Shown here: positions 49,975-62,518 of the stretch, in pieces
How the letters are laid out: each line of letters begins with the position of its first letter
How positions within the stretch are numbered: the stretch's first letter is position 1
Origin: Chiloscyllium plagiosum
Lineage: Eukaryota
Length of the DNA stretch: 64,000 bases
Direction: 5' to 3'
NCBI RefSeq assembly: GCF_004010195.1
Contig: NC_057718.1
Span: forward strand, 79,427,721 to 79,491,720
Program-made: the position numbers and the translations under genes
Notes under the pieces: generated by a model
What the model was told of the DNA's origin: nothing
Database searches by the model: none
The model's input: the letters and a program-made list of their open reading frames with translations, nothing else

Positions 49975-52370
49975 TCACAGAGATATATAGCACAGAAACA
50001 GACACTTTTAGTCCAACTCATCCATGTTGACCAAATATCCTAAATAAATCTAATTCGATTTGTCAGTACTTGGCCCATATCCCTATTAACCCTTCTTATT
50101 CATATACCCATCCAGATGCCTTTTAAATGTTGTAATTGTACCAGCCTCCACCAGTTCCCCTGGCAGGTCATTCCATTCACGCACCAACTTCAGCGTGAAA
50201 AAGTTGCCCCTGAGGTCCCTTTTCTATCTTTCTCGTCTACTTTAAATCGATGCCCTTTAGTTTGGGACTCACCCATCCTGGGAAAAAGACTTTGTCTATT
50301 TACCCTATCCATGCCCCTCACAATTTTATAAACGTCTATAAGGTCATACCTCAGCCTCTAATGCTCCAGAGAAAACAGCCTCAGTCAATTTAGGTTTTCC
50401 CTATAGCTCAAATCCTCCAACCTGGCAACATCCTTGTAAATCTTTTCCGAACCTTTCCAAGTTTCACAACATCATGTCTATAGCAGGGAGACCAGAATTG
50501 AATTCAGTATTCCAAAAGTGACCTCACCAATGAACTGTACAGCCTCAACATGACCTCCCAACTCTGATACTCAATGCACAGACCAATAAAGACAAGCATT
50601 CCTAACACCTTCTTCACTATCCTATCTATCTGTGACTCTACTTTCAAAGAATTATGAACCTGCACTCCAAGATCTCTTTGTTCAGCAATACTTCCCAGGA
50701 CCTTACCATCAAGTGCTCTGATTTGCCTTTCCAAAATGCAGTGCTTCGCATTTATCTAAATGAAACTCCATCTGCCACTCCTCAGCCCATTGGCCCATCT
50801 GATCAAGATCCTGTTGTACTCTGAGGTAATCTTCTTCGCTGTCCACTACATCTCCAATTTTGTTGTCATCTGAAAACTTACTAACCATATCTTCTATGTT
50901 CATATCCATTCATATACATGACAAAAAGCAGTGGACCCAGCATTGTTCTTGTGGCACACCACTGGCCAAAGGCCTCCAGTCTGAAAATGCAAACCCTCTA
51001 CCATCACCCTCTGTCTTCTACCTTTGGGCTAGTTCTGTATCCAAATAGCTAGTGTCCCTCTATTCCGTGTGATCTAACCTTGTTAACCAGTCTACCATGA
51101 GAAACTTTGTTGAATGCCTTACTGAAGTCCATATAGATCATGTCCACTGCTCTGCCCCATCAATCCTCTTTGTTACTTCTTCAAAAAAACTCAATCAAAT
51201 TAGTGAGACACAATTCTCCATGCACAAAGCTAGGTTGAATATTCCTAATCAGTCCTTTCCTATCCAAACACATGTAAATCCTCGCCCTCAGGATCCCTCC
51301 AACAAATTGCCTACCACAGGTATCAGGCTTACCTGTCTGTAGTTCCCTGGCCGAGTTAGTTCCTAACCACCTTCCTTAAATAATGGTACCACGTTAGCCA
51401 ACCTTCAGTCTTCCAGCACCTTACCTTTGGCTATCGATGATACAGACATGTCAGCAAGGGGCCCAGCAATCACTTCTCTAGCTTCCCACAGAGTTCTAGG
51501 GGACACCTGATCAGGTCCCGGGGATTTATTTAAACAATAAAATCTTTATGCATTTTAAGACATCCAGCACCTCCTCCTCTGCAATATGGACATTTTTCAA
51601 GATCTCGCTATTTATTTCCCCACATTCTATATTTTCCATGTCCTTCTCCACAGTAAACATTGATATATAACACTCGTTTAGTATCTCCCCATCTTTTGCA
51701 GTTCCACACATAGGCAGTCTTACTGATCATTAAGGAGCCCTATTCTCTCCCTAGTTATCTTTTTGTCCTTAGTGTATTTGTAGAATCCCTTATAAATTTC
51801 TCAATTTCATGCTGACTATTTGGGGTGGGTGGGGGGGGGGGGGAGGGGGGTGTGGGGAGGGTGGGGTGTTGAAGAGATGGGGGTCTATAGTACAGTCCTA
51901 ATAAGGTGATTATCCCTTTCTTGTTTCCCAGTTCCACCCAAATAACTTCCCTGGACGTAATCCCGAGAATATCCTCCCTAAATACAGCCATAATGTTATC
52001 CTGATCAAAAACACCGTTCCCCTCTTCTCTTGCCTCCCTTTCTATTCTTCCCGCAGCATCTATATCCTGGAAAATTGAGCTGCCAGTCCTGTCCATCCCT
52101 GAGCTACATTTCTGTAATTGCTATGATATCTAGTCCCATGTCCCCAACTATGCCCTGAGTTCATCTGCCTTACCTGTTAGGTCTCCTGCATTGAAATAAA
52201 TGTAGTTTAATTTATCAGTCCTACCTTGTTCTCTGCTTTGTTCTTGCCTGTTCTATTTGATTTACTCCTTTTCCCAGCTGTATCAGTCTCAGACTAATCT
52301 CTATCCTCACTGTCTCCTTGGGCCGCACCTCCTCCCTTTCTAGTTTAAATCTTGCTGAGCAACTCTAGCT
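49975..52370 (-). mobile_element. CR1 LINE, ORF2 with internal deletions
   Basis: Endonuclease (IWVELGNKKG..GLYYRPP) and RT (FSDDNK, WQMEF) fragments with CR1 3' UTR. Confidence 0.9.
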
Positions 52371-53155
52371 CTTGAGGGAATTTCAAGGCTAGATCATTAA
52401 TTGTGAAGAATTGGAATTCTTCGTGGCTTTTTAATGAGATTTGATGATCTTGCATGTCACTAATGCGTGGGGGAGATTGCTGAGAAATCCTTGTGATCTA
52501 TCTTAATTGGATTGGCTATTTAATGTAGTATATTATGAAGGTCACTGTTCTTCAAACTAAAGAGGATCACTAGTCCCGAAACATTAACTTTGTTTTCTCC
52601 CCACCGATGCTGCAAAGTTTCTCCAGCAATTTCTGTTTTTGTTTTAGTTTTCCTGCATTCACAGTTCGTTTGTTTGTTTTTTCCAATTGGTATGTTGTGT
52701 TGCCAACTTGAAATGCCATGTGTTAGCATGAATAACGCATGGGGAGTGTGCAGGAGTATTTAAAGGGCATGAGGAATGAGTGCTGGAGGGCTGTACTTTG
52801 TTTTACTCTTTTCTTTGAAGTCTTCAAAGAATCATGAAGGCCAGCATTTTACCCACTTTTCCAGCCACCAGCCTGTGAACTCTTCATGAGTTTGTCCATC
52901 ACTCCTCTCATTTTCACCTGCACATCCCCATCTTCCCAACCCCTCAGAACAAACATCTAAACCTCTAGGGCATTTTTTTCCCCAGTTTGGGTTTGCAGGA
53001 AAAGAAATCATCCTAATTCTAATGCCTGACACAGGAGTGAAAATTTAGAACCACTTGTGCTGATAATACCCAACAAGTAAAGCATCAACAAAATTGGAAA
53101 GGAAATTCAATAACTTTCAAATTAAAGCAAAGCAAATGTAACTTCAATATACATT

Positions 53156-53413
53156 GTTAAAAATCACACAACACAAGATTATAGTCCAACAAGTTTAATT
53201 GGAAGCACTAGCTTTCAGAGCGTCGCTCCTTCATCAGGTGGTTGTGGAGAACACAATTGTAAGACACAGATTTTATAGCAAAAGTTTACAGTGTGATGTA
53301 AGTGAAATTATACATTGAAAAATACCTTGATTGTTTGTTGAGTCTCTCAACTGTTAGAATGACCATGATAGTTTCACTATCATGATAGTTCAACACCGGC
53401 ATCTCCAAATCAT
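53156..53413 (-). mobile_element. Penelope-like terminal fragment, same family as 14980-15070
   Basis: aaaatcacacaacac.ag.ttatagtccaac...ggaagcactagctttc shared with the 14980-15070 copy. Confidence 0.75.
53206..53240 (-). ncRNA. Minimal type I hammerhead ribozyme motif, apparently intact
   Basis: Minus strand CAC-CTGATGA-A-GGAGC-GAC-GCTCT-GAAA-GCTA-GTG. All catalytic nucleotides present, 5-bp stem II with one G-U pair. Confidence 0.82.
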
Positions 53414-53734
53414 GACTGGATGTGCTATACATTCCAAAATAAAACTAAACACTAATTGACAAATTGAATTTTCCAATGTGGGAACAAAAACAATTCTCAA
53501 CCTTTGAAGAGAATACTGATGCACTTTTGTTTTCGAAGCAAGATTTAGCTATTATGTAATATGATAATATTGGTGTCATTCATTTTTATTTCCTGGAGAG
53601 AGGCCATTAAAAGTACAACTTTAATTCCTGTCTAGAACCATTTACAGATTATATGATGATTCCATTGACAACACAGAATTTCTGAAGGAGCAAAATGGAA
53701 TAAGAACTCAGTCTAAAAGAAATTAGATAGGAAT

Positions 53735-54525
53735 AGATAGCCCGAGCCAGCAATAACGTGAGCAGGCAGCCTAGGGTGGGCGGCTGGTAAGTGGGAGCAG
53801 GCAGCCTAGGACAGCAACAGGAGCAGGAATAGGCTGCAAGGCGAGGAGAGCAGGCAGCCTAGGGCAGGAACAGGAGCAGGAACAGGCTGCAAAGCAAGAA
53901 GAGCAGGCAGGCCGGGGCAGGAACAGGCTACAAGACAGGGAGAACAGGTAGGCCGAGGCAGGAACAGGCTACAAGGCAGGAAGAGCAGGCAGGCCAGGGC
54001 AGGAACAGGCTGCAAAATGGGCAGAGCAGGCAGTCTGGGGCAGAAACAGGCTCCAAGACAGGGAAAGCAGGCTGGCCGGGAAGGTGGCAGAGACGAGGTT
54101 GAGCCTGCAGTGGGAGACGTTGAATTCTTGTTAGGAGTACGAGTATAGCATGGTTAGGTGCTTGTGGACAGTGGTGTTGAACTGTTAACTGTTTCTTTTA
54201 TTTTCCACTTTTTAATAAGAAGGACTGTAATGTATAACTTTGTTTTCCTTGTTTTTATGCTTTGTACCTAAGATTCTGTGCCTTTGTACCTAAGATGGAG
54301 CCGTAAGTGGTGACTTGTAAACTTTTCACCCTCTTTCCTGATGAAGGGCTTTTGCCTGAAACGTTGATTTTCCTGCTCCTTGGATGCTGCTTGACCTGCT
54401 GTGCTTTTCCAGCACCACTCTAATCTTGACTCGAATCTCCAGCATCTGCAGAACCCACTTCTGCCAAACCTTTCACTGTATTCAGGCAAGTACATATGAC
54501 AATCAACCGAATTTAATTCAACTCA
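53735..54525 (+). repeat. GC-rich about 40-bp minisatellite (gagcaggcagcc.agggcaggaacaggct.caag) at 53760-54080 within a probable non-autonomous retroposon
   Basis: About eight degenerate units, followed by a T-rich segment ending gtacatatgacaat...(ttcaa)-like tail; a similar tail occurs inverted at about 57530-57570. Confidence 0.6.
54330..54465 (+). mobile_element. Short Penelope pLTR-only insertion with hammerhead core (54338-54370)
   Basis: CTGATGA-A-GGGC-TTTT-GCCT-GAAA-CGTT. TSD aaacttttcac (54319-54329) / aaacctttcac (54466-54476). Confidence 0.85.
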
Positions 54526-54719
54526 AGTACTCCTCCCTGCTCGTCCAGATATTGGCAGCTTTTAGCCTCCAGAATCAAAGAACTTTGAAGCTACTATAAC
54601 TAACATGCTGACCTTTATCCACCTTTAAATCAACAGCTATTGCAGAAAAGAAACCTTTGATGACAACTTAGAACTCTAATGGTATTCAAAAGTAAAGGTC
54701 TACAAAAATAGTTCGTCAT

Positions 54720-55011
54720 CACGGCTCAGTGGTTAGCACTGCTGCCTCACAACATCAGGATCCCAAGTTCGATTCCAGCCTTGGCGACTGTCTGTGTGGT
54801 GTTTGCACATTCTCTCAGTGGCTGCGTGGGTTCTCTCCAGGTGCTCTGGTTTCCTCTCACAGTCCAAAGATGTGCAGGTGAATTGGCCGTGCTAAATTAC
54901 CCATAGTGTTAGGTACATTAGACAGAGAGAGATGGGGCTGGGTGGGTTACTCTTCGGAGGACTGGTTGGGCCAAAGGGTCTGTTTCCACACTGTAAGGAA
55001 TCTAATCTAAT
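54720..55011 (+). mobile_element. HE1-like SINE
   Basis: A/B boxes, central domain and (aatct)n tail. Confidence 0.9.
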
Positions 55012-56019
55012 CACACAGATGTAGATTCAAGAGAGAGAGAGGATAGCATGTAATAGGATGGTAAACAAGAGCATATAAGTGGCAGCAGCAGGTTGACACA
55101 ATATCTACATGTATGATTATTGGAATGTGGGCTCAAATCCCATCTGGTGAAATTTAAATTCAATCTGGAATTAAAAGCTTTTCTTAGTAATTATAGAATT
55201 ATACTAATTGCTATCAAGACTACATAGTTCATTAATGTTCACTAGGGAAAGAATTCTGGTCTACATGTGAATCCAGACCCATAGCAATGGAGTTGACCCT
55301 TAACAACCTTCCAAAATGGCCTATCAAGCTGCTAAATATTCATAAGATCCACTTGGAGTCAGAAAATATCGTGCGATTGAGAATAGCTCTTTCTGTATTT
55401 TTTCCTCCTAGGTTTCCTGTGGTTGAGTGGGCGGCAGCTCTAAAATTGTTTGAATATTAGAAGGGACAGGGTAGTGTCCAGGAAGAGGGAAGCAGGAGCT
55501 CCAAGGTCCATTAGCAACTTGTTTCTCATGACAGGTAGCAGGTAGCAGGCTGACTGTGAGCTCAATTTGAGAAGGGTGAAAATGCAGTAATGTGCCAATG
55601 TTCTCAGCAATGTTGGAAGCTTCAGGCCCCATCACAATCACACTACGGCACAGAAAAGCACCTCCTCTATCAGGTTCAGGAAATACAGGATTCCTTGCTT
55701 CCATATCTATTCTACTCTGCCCACTTCTGTAATGTGTTACCTTGTGAGAAGGCAGAATGTTAGGGGTTGTGTAACACTGTTAGTGCCATGTACTCACTCA
55801 GGTTGAGTAGATAGAGCTTTGTAGAGTGAGATCGGAGTGTGAGACTGCCCATACCAGTAGGTGATGTGGAATAACGTGAATTATAAGTTTGAGTTCTGAT
55901 TGCAAGGGAATATTATTGGATATGTGATGAGGCTGTGATGCAATAAGTTCAAGGACTGGAGGGAGATGTCAGTGAAAGTGCATGCATTGACATTGAACGT
56001 GACTTCTTGTGGCATTGCT

Positions 56020-56340
56020 GCGACAAGATGGCTTTCTTTACCTCCTCATATTCCCCAGATACTTCCTCTATTAATGATGCAAATATCTCACTCGCTCTAC
56101 CTACAAGTTTTGTTTTGATCAACAAAACCCACATGGTCACTGGGCACCAGATTTATTTAGCCACTTTTTCAAATGAGACGAAAAAGGCAATGCGTGAAAA
56201 TATTTAAACAGTTTCTCACCAGACCTTTGGCAACCATGGGTTTGCTCATCCTCACTAAGTTTACCTTCAGCCTTCATCTCCATCCTTTTAAGCTGACTTT
56301 CTTGCCTAATGACTAATTTCTGAAGTTCAAAAGTGGCAGT
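56020..56340 (-). pseudogene. Gypsy (Gmr1-like) LTR retrotransposon gag fragment
   Basis: FEKVAK..W.P..W.LLIKTKLVGRASEIFASL.EE.SGEYEEVKKAIL, the typical Gmr1-like capsid segment. Confidence 0.75.
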
Positions 56341-57749
56341 AGCAGATTAGCAGGACTGGACCGAAAATTATTTGCATGAGTATAATCTCTCAGTCCAAAT
56401 GATCCCTCTTTTTGGTCGAAGGGAAAATACATGATATAGGCTAATGAAAGAAATAGCCTTTTGTTAATGAGTGCCTCTAGCAAGTTCCACCCAGTAACTC
56501 AAAGCCAGAGGATCCCACCAGGTTCATTACTCACTGGGTAAGTACATTTTTCCTGAATTTCTTGGATTTATTAGTGACTAACTCACATTTATGGCTCTTA
56601 GTTTTGGGTTCCTTCACATGTGGGAACATCTTCACCTTAAAACACAACGACATAATATTAATGACTTTTGTCAGGCCTGGAATAAAGAGAACTAAGGAAA
56701 CACAAAATATCTTTGATGAAAAGTTGTGATTTTAAAAATTTAATAATTAGCATTTATTGTAGTGTGGGAATGGTGCCTTTGAACTTTTTTGGGTTGCGTG
56801 AGTGTGACATTGTCAACCAAGGAGTTGTGAATGAAAGGCAGTGGGATGATAGAGCCTCGAGCTTCCTGAAAATTCGGATGAAATGCTGGTCTCCATTAGA
56901 AAGCTTTCACTGCACTCTCTTGGGAACCACATCAGCAGATGGATATACAACACTCATTACCTGAGGGTATTCTCCACAAATGACTGGCACAATCACTTTA
57001 CATTGAGGTCAAGGTGGTAGTCACCAGTCATCAGGCATTGCAATCCCATTTATAGCTCCTTGACAAGGCAAATCTGACTCTCTTAATGCAGTAACAAAAC
57101 CATCAAAATAACAACTTGTCAGTCTTTGAAAAAGCATAACATTTAGGAGGCACAGCAAGAAAAATTCCTCACTGCTTCTCCAGCCCTGCTATGCCTTAGT
57201 TTTAGTGGGTATTCAATGGAAATCTAATGAGGTTTCTACTAAAGATGCAGAAATTAAGCAGGGAAAGTTACCCAAGGGAAAGATTGTTGTCAAACATCAT
57301 GGTGCACATTTCATAAAAATGAAATGTTGCAATCCACTAGTGGTTTCATTTCTTTCTTCAGAATCCAAACGCTTGAACAGTGTAATATGCGTAAGTGTGC
57401 TAGTAGTCACATGTATGTGCATGTACATCTGATAACTACTTTGTAGAGAGTGAAAGATTCCAAAATGAAACTTGTTGGGGTTGGAGGCTAGATTGTCCTC
57501 CCTTTTTTAAGCAGCTCCAGGGTGGTTAAGGAATTGAATTGAATTTATTGTCATGTGTACTGAGGCACAGGAAGGTCATCGATGGCAACCTCTCACTAAC
57601 GAGTATTATTGTCCACCTAGGAAATTCCTAAAGGTGGACAATGGTGTCCTATTATCTAATTCTCATTGTTAAAAAATGTTGACATAATATTATTCCACCC
57701 TGATAGGATCTGACTGTACTTGCTGAACTACAAGCAAATAAAAGTGCGT

Positions 57750-58196
57750 GCGTCAAAGGTTGACAAGGATGTTGCCAGGATTGGAGGGTTTGAGCTATAG
57801 GGAGGAGCTGAATAGGCTGAGGCTGTTTTTCCTGGAACATCGAAGGGTGAGGGGTGACTTTACAGAGGTTTTTAAAATTATGAGGGGAATAGACTGGGTG
57901 AATAGCCAAGGGTTTTTTCTCAGGGAAGAGAAGTCCAAAACTAAAAGACATCGGTTTAAGGTGAAAGGGTCGACCTTTTTGTTCAGAAGTTGATGCATGT
58001 ATAGAATGAGCTGCCACAGGAGGTAGTAGAGGCTGGTATAATTACAATATTTAAAAGGGATCTGGATGGGAACATGAATTGGAAGGGTTTAAAGGGATAA
58101 GGGGCAAATACCGCAAATGGGACTAGATCAGTTTAGGATATCTGACTGGCATGGACTGAGGGGTCAGTTTCAGTGCTGTGTAACTCTATGACTCTA
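57750..58196 (+). mobile_element. CR1 3' fragment
   Basis: TRMLPGLEGLSYRE..RVRGDFTEVFKIM and ctatgact tail. Confidence 0.9.
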
Positions 58197-58627
58197 GTGC
58201 TACATGTCTTCCCACTCTATTACCTGTGGCCAACCTTCCAGTATAAATAGGGCCTTCTGGATCAGCATCAATGGGTGTACAAGCAGCTAAAGACCCAAGG
58301 ACTTGATTTTCCTAAGAACAGAAACTCCCTAACTTTAATTGATCATAGAAATGAAAATTAGGAGACTTCTCTGGGCACCTGATCCACAACACCAAGTTTA
58401 CACCTGGATAACAAACTGAAAAACAATCCCAGCATCTTTCATTAACAAAGGCCACCCGGGTAACATCATAGCCATTCTTACTAACATTGTCGATTCCCAC
58501 CAGAGTATTACAATGCCTCACCTCTCTTTTTAATGTTTATCTCTTTCAACTGCCACATGTTGTTTTAACAACAAGAACTTTGTAAAGTAATGAGCTGCTA
58601 TTAGCTCCCAGAGTGTTGGCCTTCTTA

Positions 58628-58847
58628 TAGAGTCATAGAGTCATACACATGTACAGCATGGAAACAGACCTTTTGGTCCAACTCGTCCATGCCAACCAGA
58701 TATCCCAACCCAATCTAGTCCCACCTGCCAGCACTTGGCCCATATCCCTCCAAACCCTTCCTATTCATATATCCATCCAGATGCCTTTTAAATGTTGCAA
58801 TTGCACTAGCCTCCACCACTTCCTCTGGCAGCTCATTCCATACACAT
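58628..58847 (-). mobile_element. CR1 3' end
   Basis: (agagtcat)n tail complement and conserved 3' UTR. Confidence 0.9.
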
Positions 58848-59824
58848 TCATGATTGACGGGAATGGTTTTCAGGATGGCTTATTCCTTTTGTTGCCCATT
58901 TTACAATTCTCTGAAGTCCCATCCTTGGTCAATTTGGTGAAACGATTATCATTGTCCTGGAAAACTGCAAAGCTTTTATGACAGGGTCTGTTGCTTTGAA
59001 GGCCAAGAAATGGTCTCTCACTTAAACAGTTTATGGATAATAGCTTTCTTATAAATCACACTCTGCTATAGTTGATGGCTCATCCTCTGACTCATTTTCG
59101 ATTAACTCAGGTTCTCTGTCCTCTCCACTATTACTGGTGACATTCTTCTGTCATCATCTGTTCAGTGTTTTGTTGATGATTCCATTCTACATCTGTCAGA
59201 CTTCTTCTGTGCACACAATCTCTGATTATTTTGCTGTACACCTACTGAGTAACTGCTTCTTGAACTTTACCATGTGTCTTTTAGTGGGGGAAATGAATCC
59301 TGTTTCATGTACTAAAAGAATGATATTAGATAATCCCAAAAATAGGTACATGGATCACAATGTATGAGAGAGACACCGCAATGAACTTATTTACAAACAA
59401 CACACCACTTTTAATGTTATCTGCTTATTATAATGAATTGTATCAGTCAGTGTTAATCATGACTTCATGCATCATCCGAATGTCAAAAATAGTAGCTTCG
59501 TCTCATTATGTAAAGCTAGCCTGCACCACATGAATTTGGTCTGCATCACTAAAAGAGGAGCACCATTGGGGCTGCAGCAGTTCTGAGAAGCATGCAAAAA
59601 ATTAATCTGTTCTTGGGACTGGTGAGGAATAGCAGAATATAGGAGAGAAAGGGTTTCAAGCTTTTTGGATACTGCACTAGAGGCATTACAATTGTAAAGG
59701 GACTGCAGGAGCTGAGGGACCTGGCTGAATGTGATCACAGATCATTGAAGGTGGCAGGATAGCCACCTACAAAGTAACATTGAGGGGAGGTAGAACAAAA
59801 TGCTTGATGCATTGGCAAGTGTGT

Positions 59825-60810
59825 TTACAAGTACACAAACAAAAGAAATAGGAACAGAAGTGGACCATTCGGCCTATTGAGCCTGCTCCATCATTCAATA
59901 AGATTATGACTGATCTGTTTGGGCTTTGCATTCTACACTCCCACCTATCCTTGATTTCCGTTTATCTTAAAATTAACAATGACCCCATCCCTACTACCTT
60001 CTGAGGCAGAGAGTTCCAAAGTCACACAATGCTTTGAGAGAAATAATGCTCACCACCTCTGTCTTGAAAGGGTGATCCCTAATCTTTAAACAGTCATCAC
60101 AATTTCTGGATGAACCCACAAGATGAAGCATTTTTTCCACATCTAACCTGTTAAGACCATTCAGGATCTTATACACTTCAATCCAGTCACCCCTCACTGT
60201 TCTAAACAGCAGTGGAAACAGGTCCAGACTGTCCAATCTATTCTGATTAGATAGTCTATTCATTTCAGGTACCAATCTAGTAAGCATTTTCTCAACTGCC
60301 TCCAAAACCTTCTCACACTTCCTTAAATAAAGAGACACAAATTGCACATCTATTCGACATGAGGCTTCACCAATGCACTCTACAACTGAAGCATACCATC
60401 CCTACTTTCATGTTCAGTTCCTTTTCTCATTAAGGACAGAATTCCATTCGCCTTCTTGATTACTTGCTGTGCCTGCATGCTGTGTCTGCTTGCCAACTTT
60501 TTTGACCCATGCACTTAAATCCCTCTGCATCTTAGAATTTGTTTTTCAATTTAAATAATACTACACTTTTTTTATTCTTTTTGCCAAAGTGAACAATTTC
60601 ACACTTTCCCACATTATACTGCATCCACCAGATTTTCTTTCTGTTCACTCAACATATCTATATCCATCTGCAACCTCCTTATGTCTTTTTCACAACAAAC
60701 ATCCCGACTATCTTGGTGTTGTCTGTGGATTTAGCTACCATGCCTTGGCTCCCTTATCTAAATCAGTGACATAAACTGTAAGTTGAGATCCAGCACAGAT
60801 CCCTGAGGTT
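59825..60810 (-). mobile_element. Old CR1 3' fragment
   Basis: VRGDWIEVYKILNGL..D motif plus upstream RT remnants. Confidence 0.8.
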
Positions 60811-61809
60811 CTGTGAAAGCCTACGGTCAACATCAGGAAGCACCAATGAGTTCAGCACCAAATTGGTCAAGGTCTTTTTTGCACCAAGTTTGGAAGCCAT
60901 CTTTTCCAGCATGAATGTGGTGGACAACTTCATTCGCACACTTGTGAACCCAACCAAGTTCTAACAGTTGATGGCCAATGTCGAAACCTCAATTTCAGCA
61001 CAAGCAGCAGGCTCCCAATATCTCAGTAATGTGATAAAATCTCAGATTGCTGTCATAGGAGGTCAATTTACCACTACTAAAGTCAGATTTATGCTATCAT
61101 GACTGTGCACTACATTGTGCAATGCAGCTTGCAAATGTCACAGTAGATCAGCAATTTGTTTACAGATTACTCGGATTGCTGAGGTACCACATTAGGGAGT
61201 GGCCTTGGATATATGGATTATGAATCTGTTGTTCTTTCTCAGGATGTCAGTATTGAAGTTCAGGATGTCACTCCATCAGTGCCCTCACTGTTTTTTGTCA
61301 GGCAGCAAATCCCAGACTGCAGCTGTTTCTGCCAAGGTAGTGCTGTCCGTAGGCAGCCTCCTATGCCAAGAGCTGCTTCAGGTCATCTCTAAAATCAGCT
61401 GTAGTTTAATCATTTGAAATCTATATAAGAGAACTAGGAAAAGGGAAGACCCATAGGAGAGATACTCTAAGGGAATACGCAGGGGTGATTAGTTAACTTT
61501 TTTTTCAACAATATGCCAAGAGTGATTAATAAATTGGTCTGGAATGTTTATTTTGCAATAGCCAAATTCATGGCATATCAGAGTGCCACAGAATGAAGGT
61601 ATCATTGCTTGCTGCCAAGCTATAGGCCATTAGCCTGTAAGATATGCTGCCTATGGTTGTACATCAGTGCAATGTACCATAAAAGGAATTCCATTTGGTT
61701 CTGGTATGTGCTGGAGTTAATGTGTAATGCTTGCAAAGTGATCTGTGTCACTGGCATTCTACATTAAGGGGAAGACTCTAGAGTTGCCTGCTCATCCTCC
61801 CATGAAATA

Positions 61810-62085
61810 CAGAATCATAGAATCATAGAATCCCTACATTGTGGAAGCAGTCCTTGTAACCCTACATATTCCATGGCTAATCCACCTAGTCTGCACATCC
61901 CTGGACACTATGGGCACCTAACCTGCACATTTTTGGATTGTGGGAAGAAACTGGAGCACCTGGAGGAAACACATGCATGAATGGGGACAATATGCAAACT
62001 CTACACAGACAGTTGCCTAAGGCTGGAATTCAACCCGGGTCCCTGGCACTGTGAGGCAGCAGTGCTAACTACTGAGCCACCATGC
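61810..62085 (-). mobile_element. HE1-like SINE
   Basis: Reverse complement of A/B boxes at 62020-62085; (tatgattc)n tail. Confidence 0.88.
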
Positions 62086-62121
62086 AAACTTCAGTGACCC
62101 TCTTACACAACAATGGATTGT

Positions 62122-62449
62122 GGGCGGCACGGTGGCACAGTGGTTAGCACTGCTGCCTCACAGCGCCAGAGACCAGGGTTCAATTCCTGCCTCAGGCGAC
62201 TCTCTGTGTGGAGTTTGCACATTCTCCCCGTGTCTGCATGGGTTTCCTCCAGGTGCTCCGGTTTCCTCCCACATTCCAAAAATGTGCAGGTTAGGTGAAT
62301 TGGCCATGCTAAATTGCCCGTAGTGTTAGGTATATTAGTCAGAGGGGAAATGGGTCTGGGTGGGTTGCGCTTCGGTGAGTTGGTGTGGACTTGTTGGGCC
62401 GAAAGGCCTGTTTCCACGCTGTCTCTACAGTGAATCTAATCTAATCTAA
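62122..62449 (+). mobile_element. HE1-like SINE, full length
   Basis: ggcggcacggtggcacagtggttagc head, B box gggttcaattcc, (aatct)n tail. Confidence 0.92.
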
Positions 62450-62518
62450 TTGCAAACTCCTGCACATTGGAAATGTGCAGCTCTGCAACTTGAACTTTTA
62501 GAATCAAACACATAAAAT

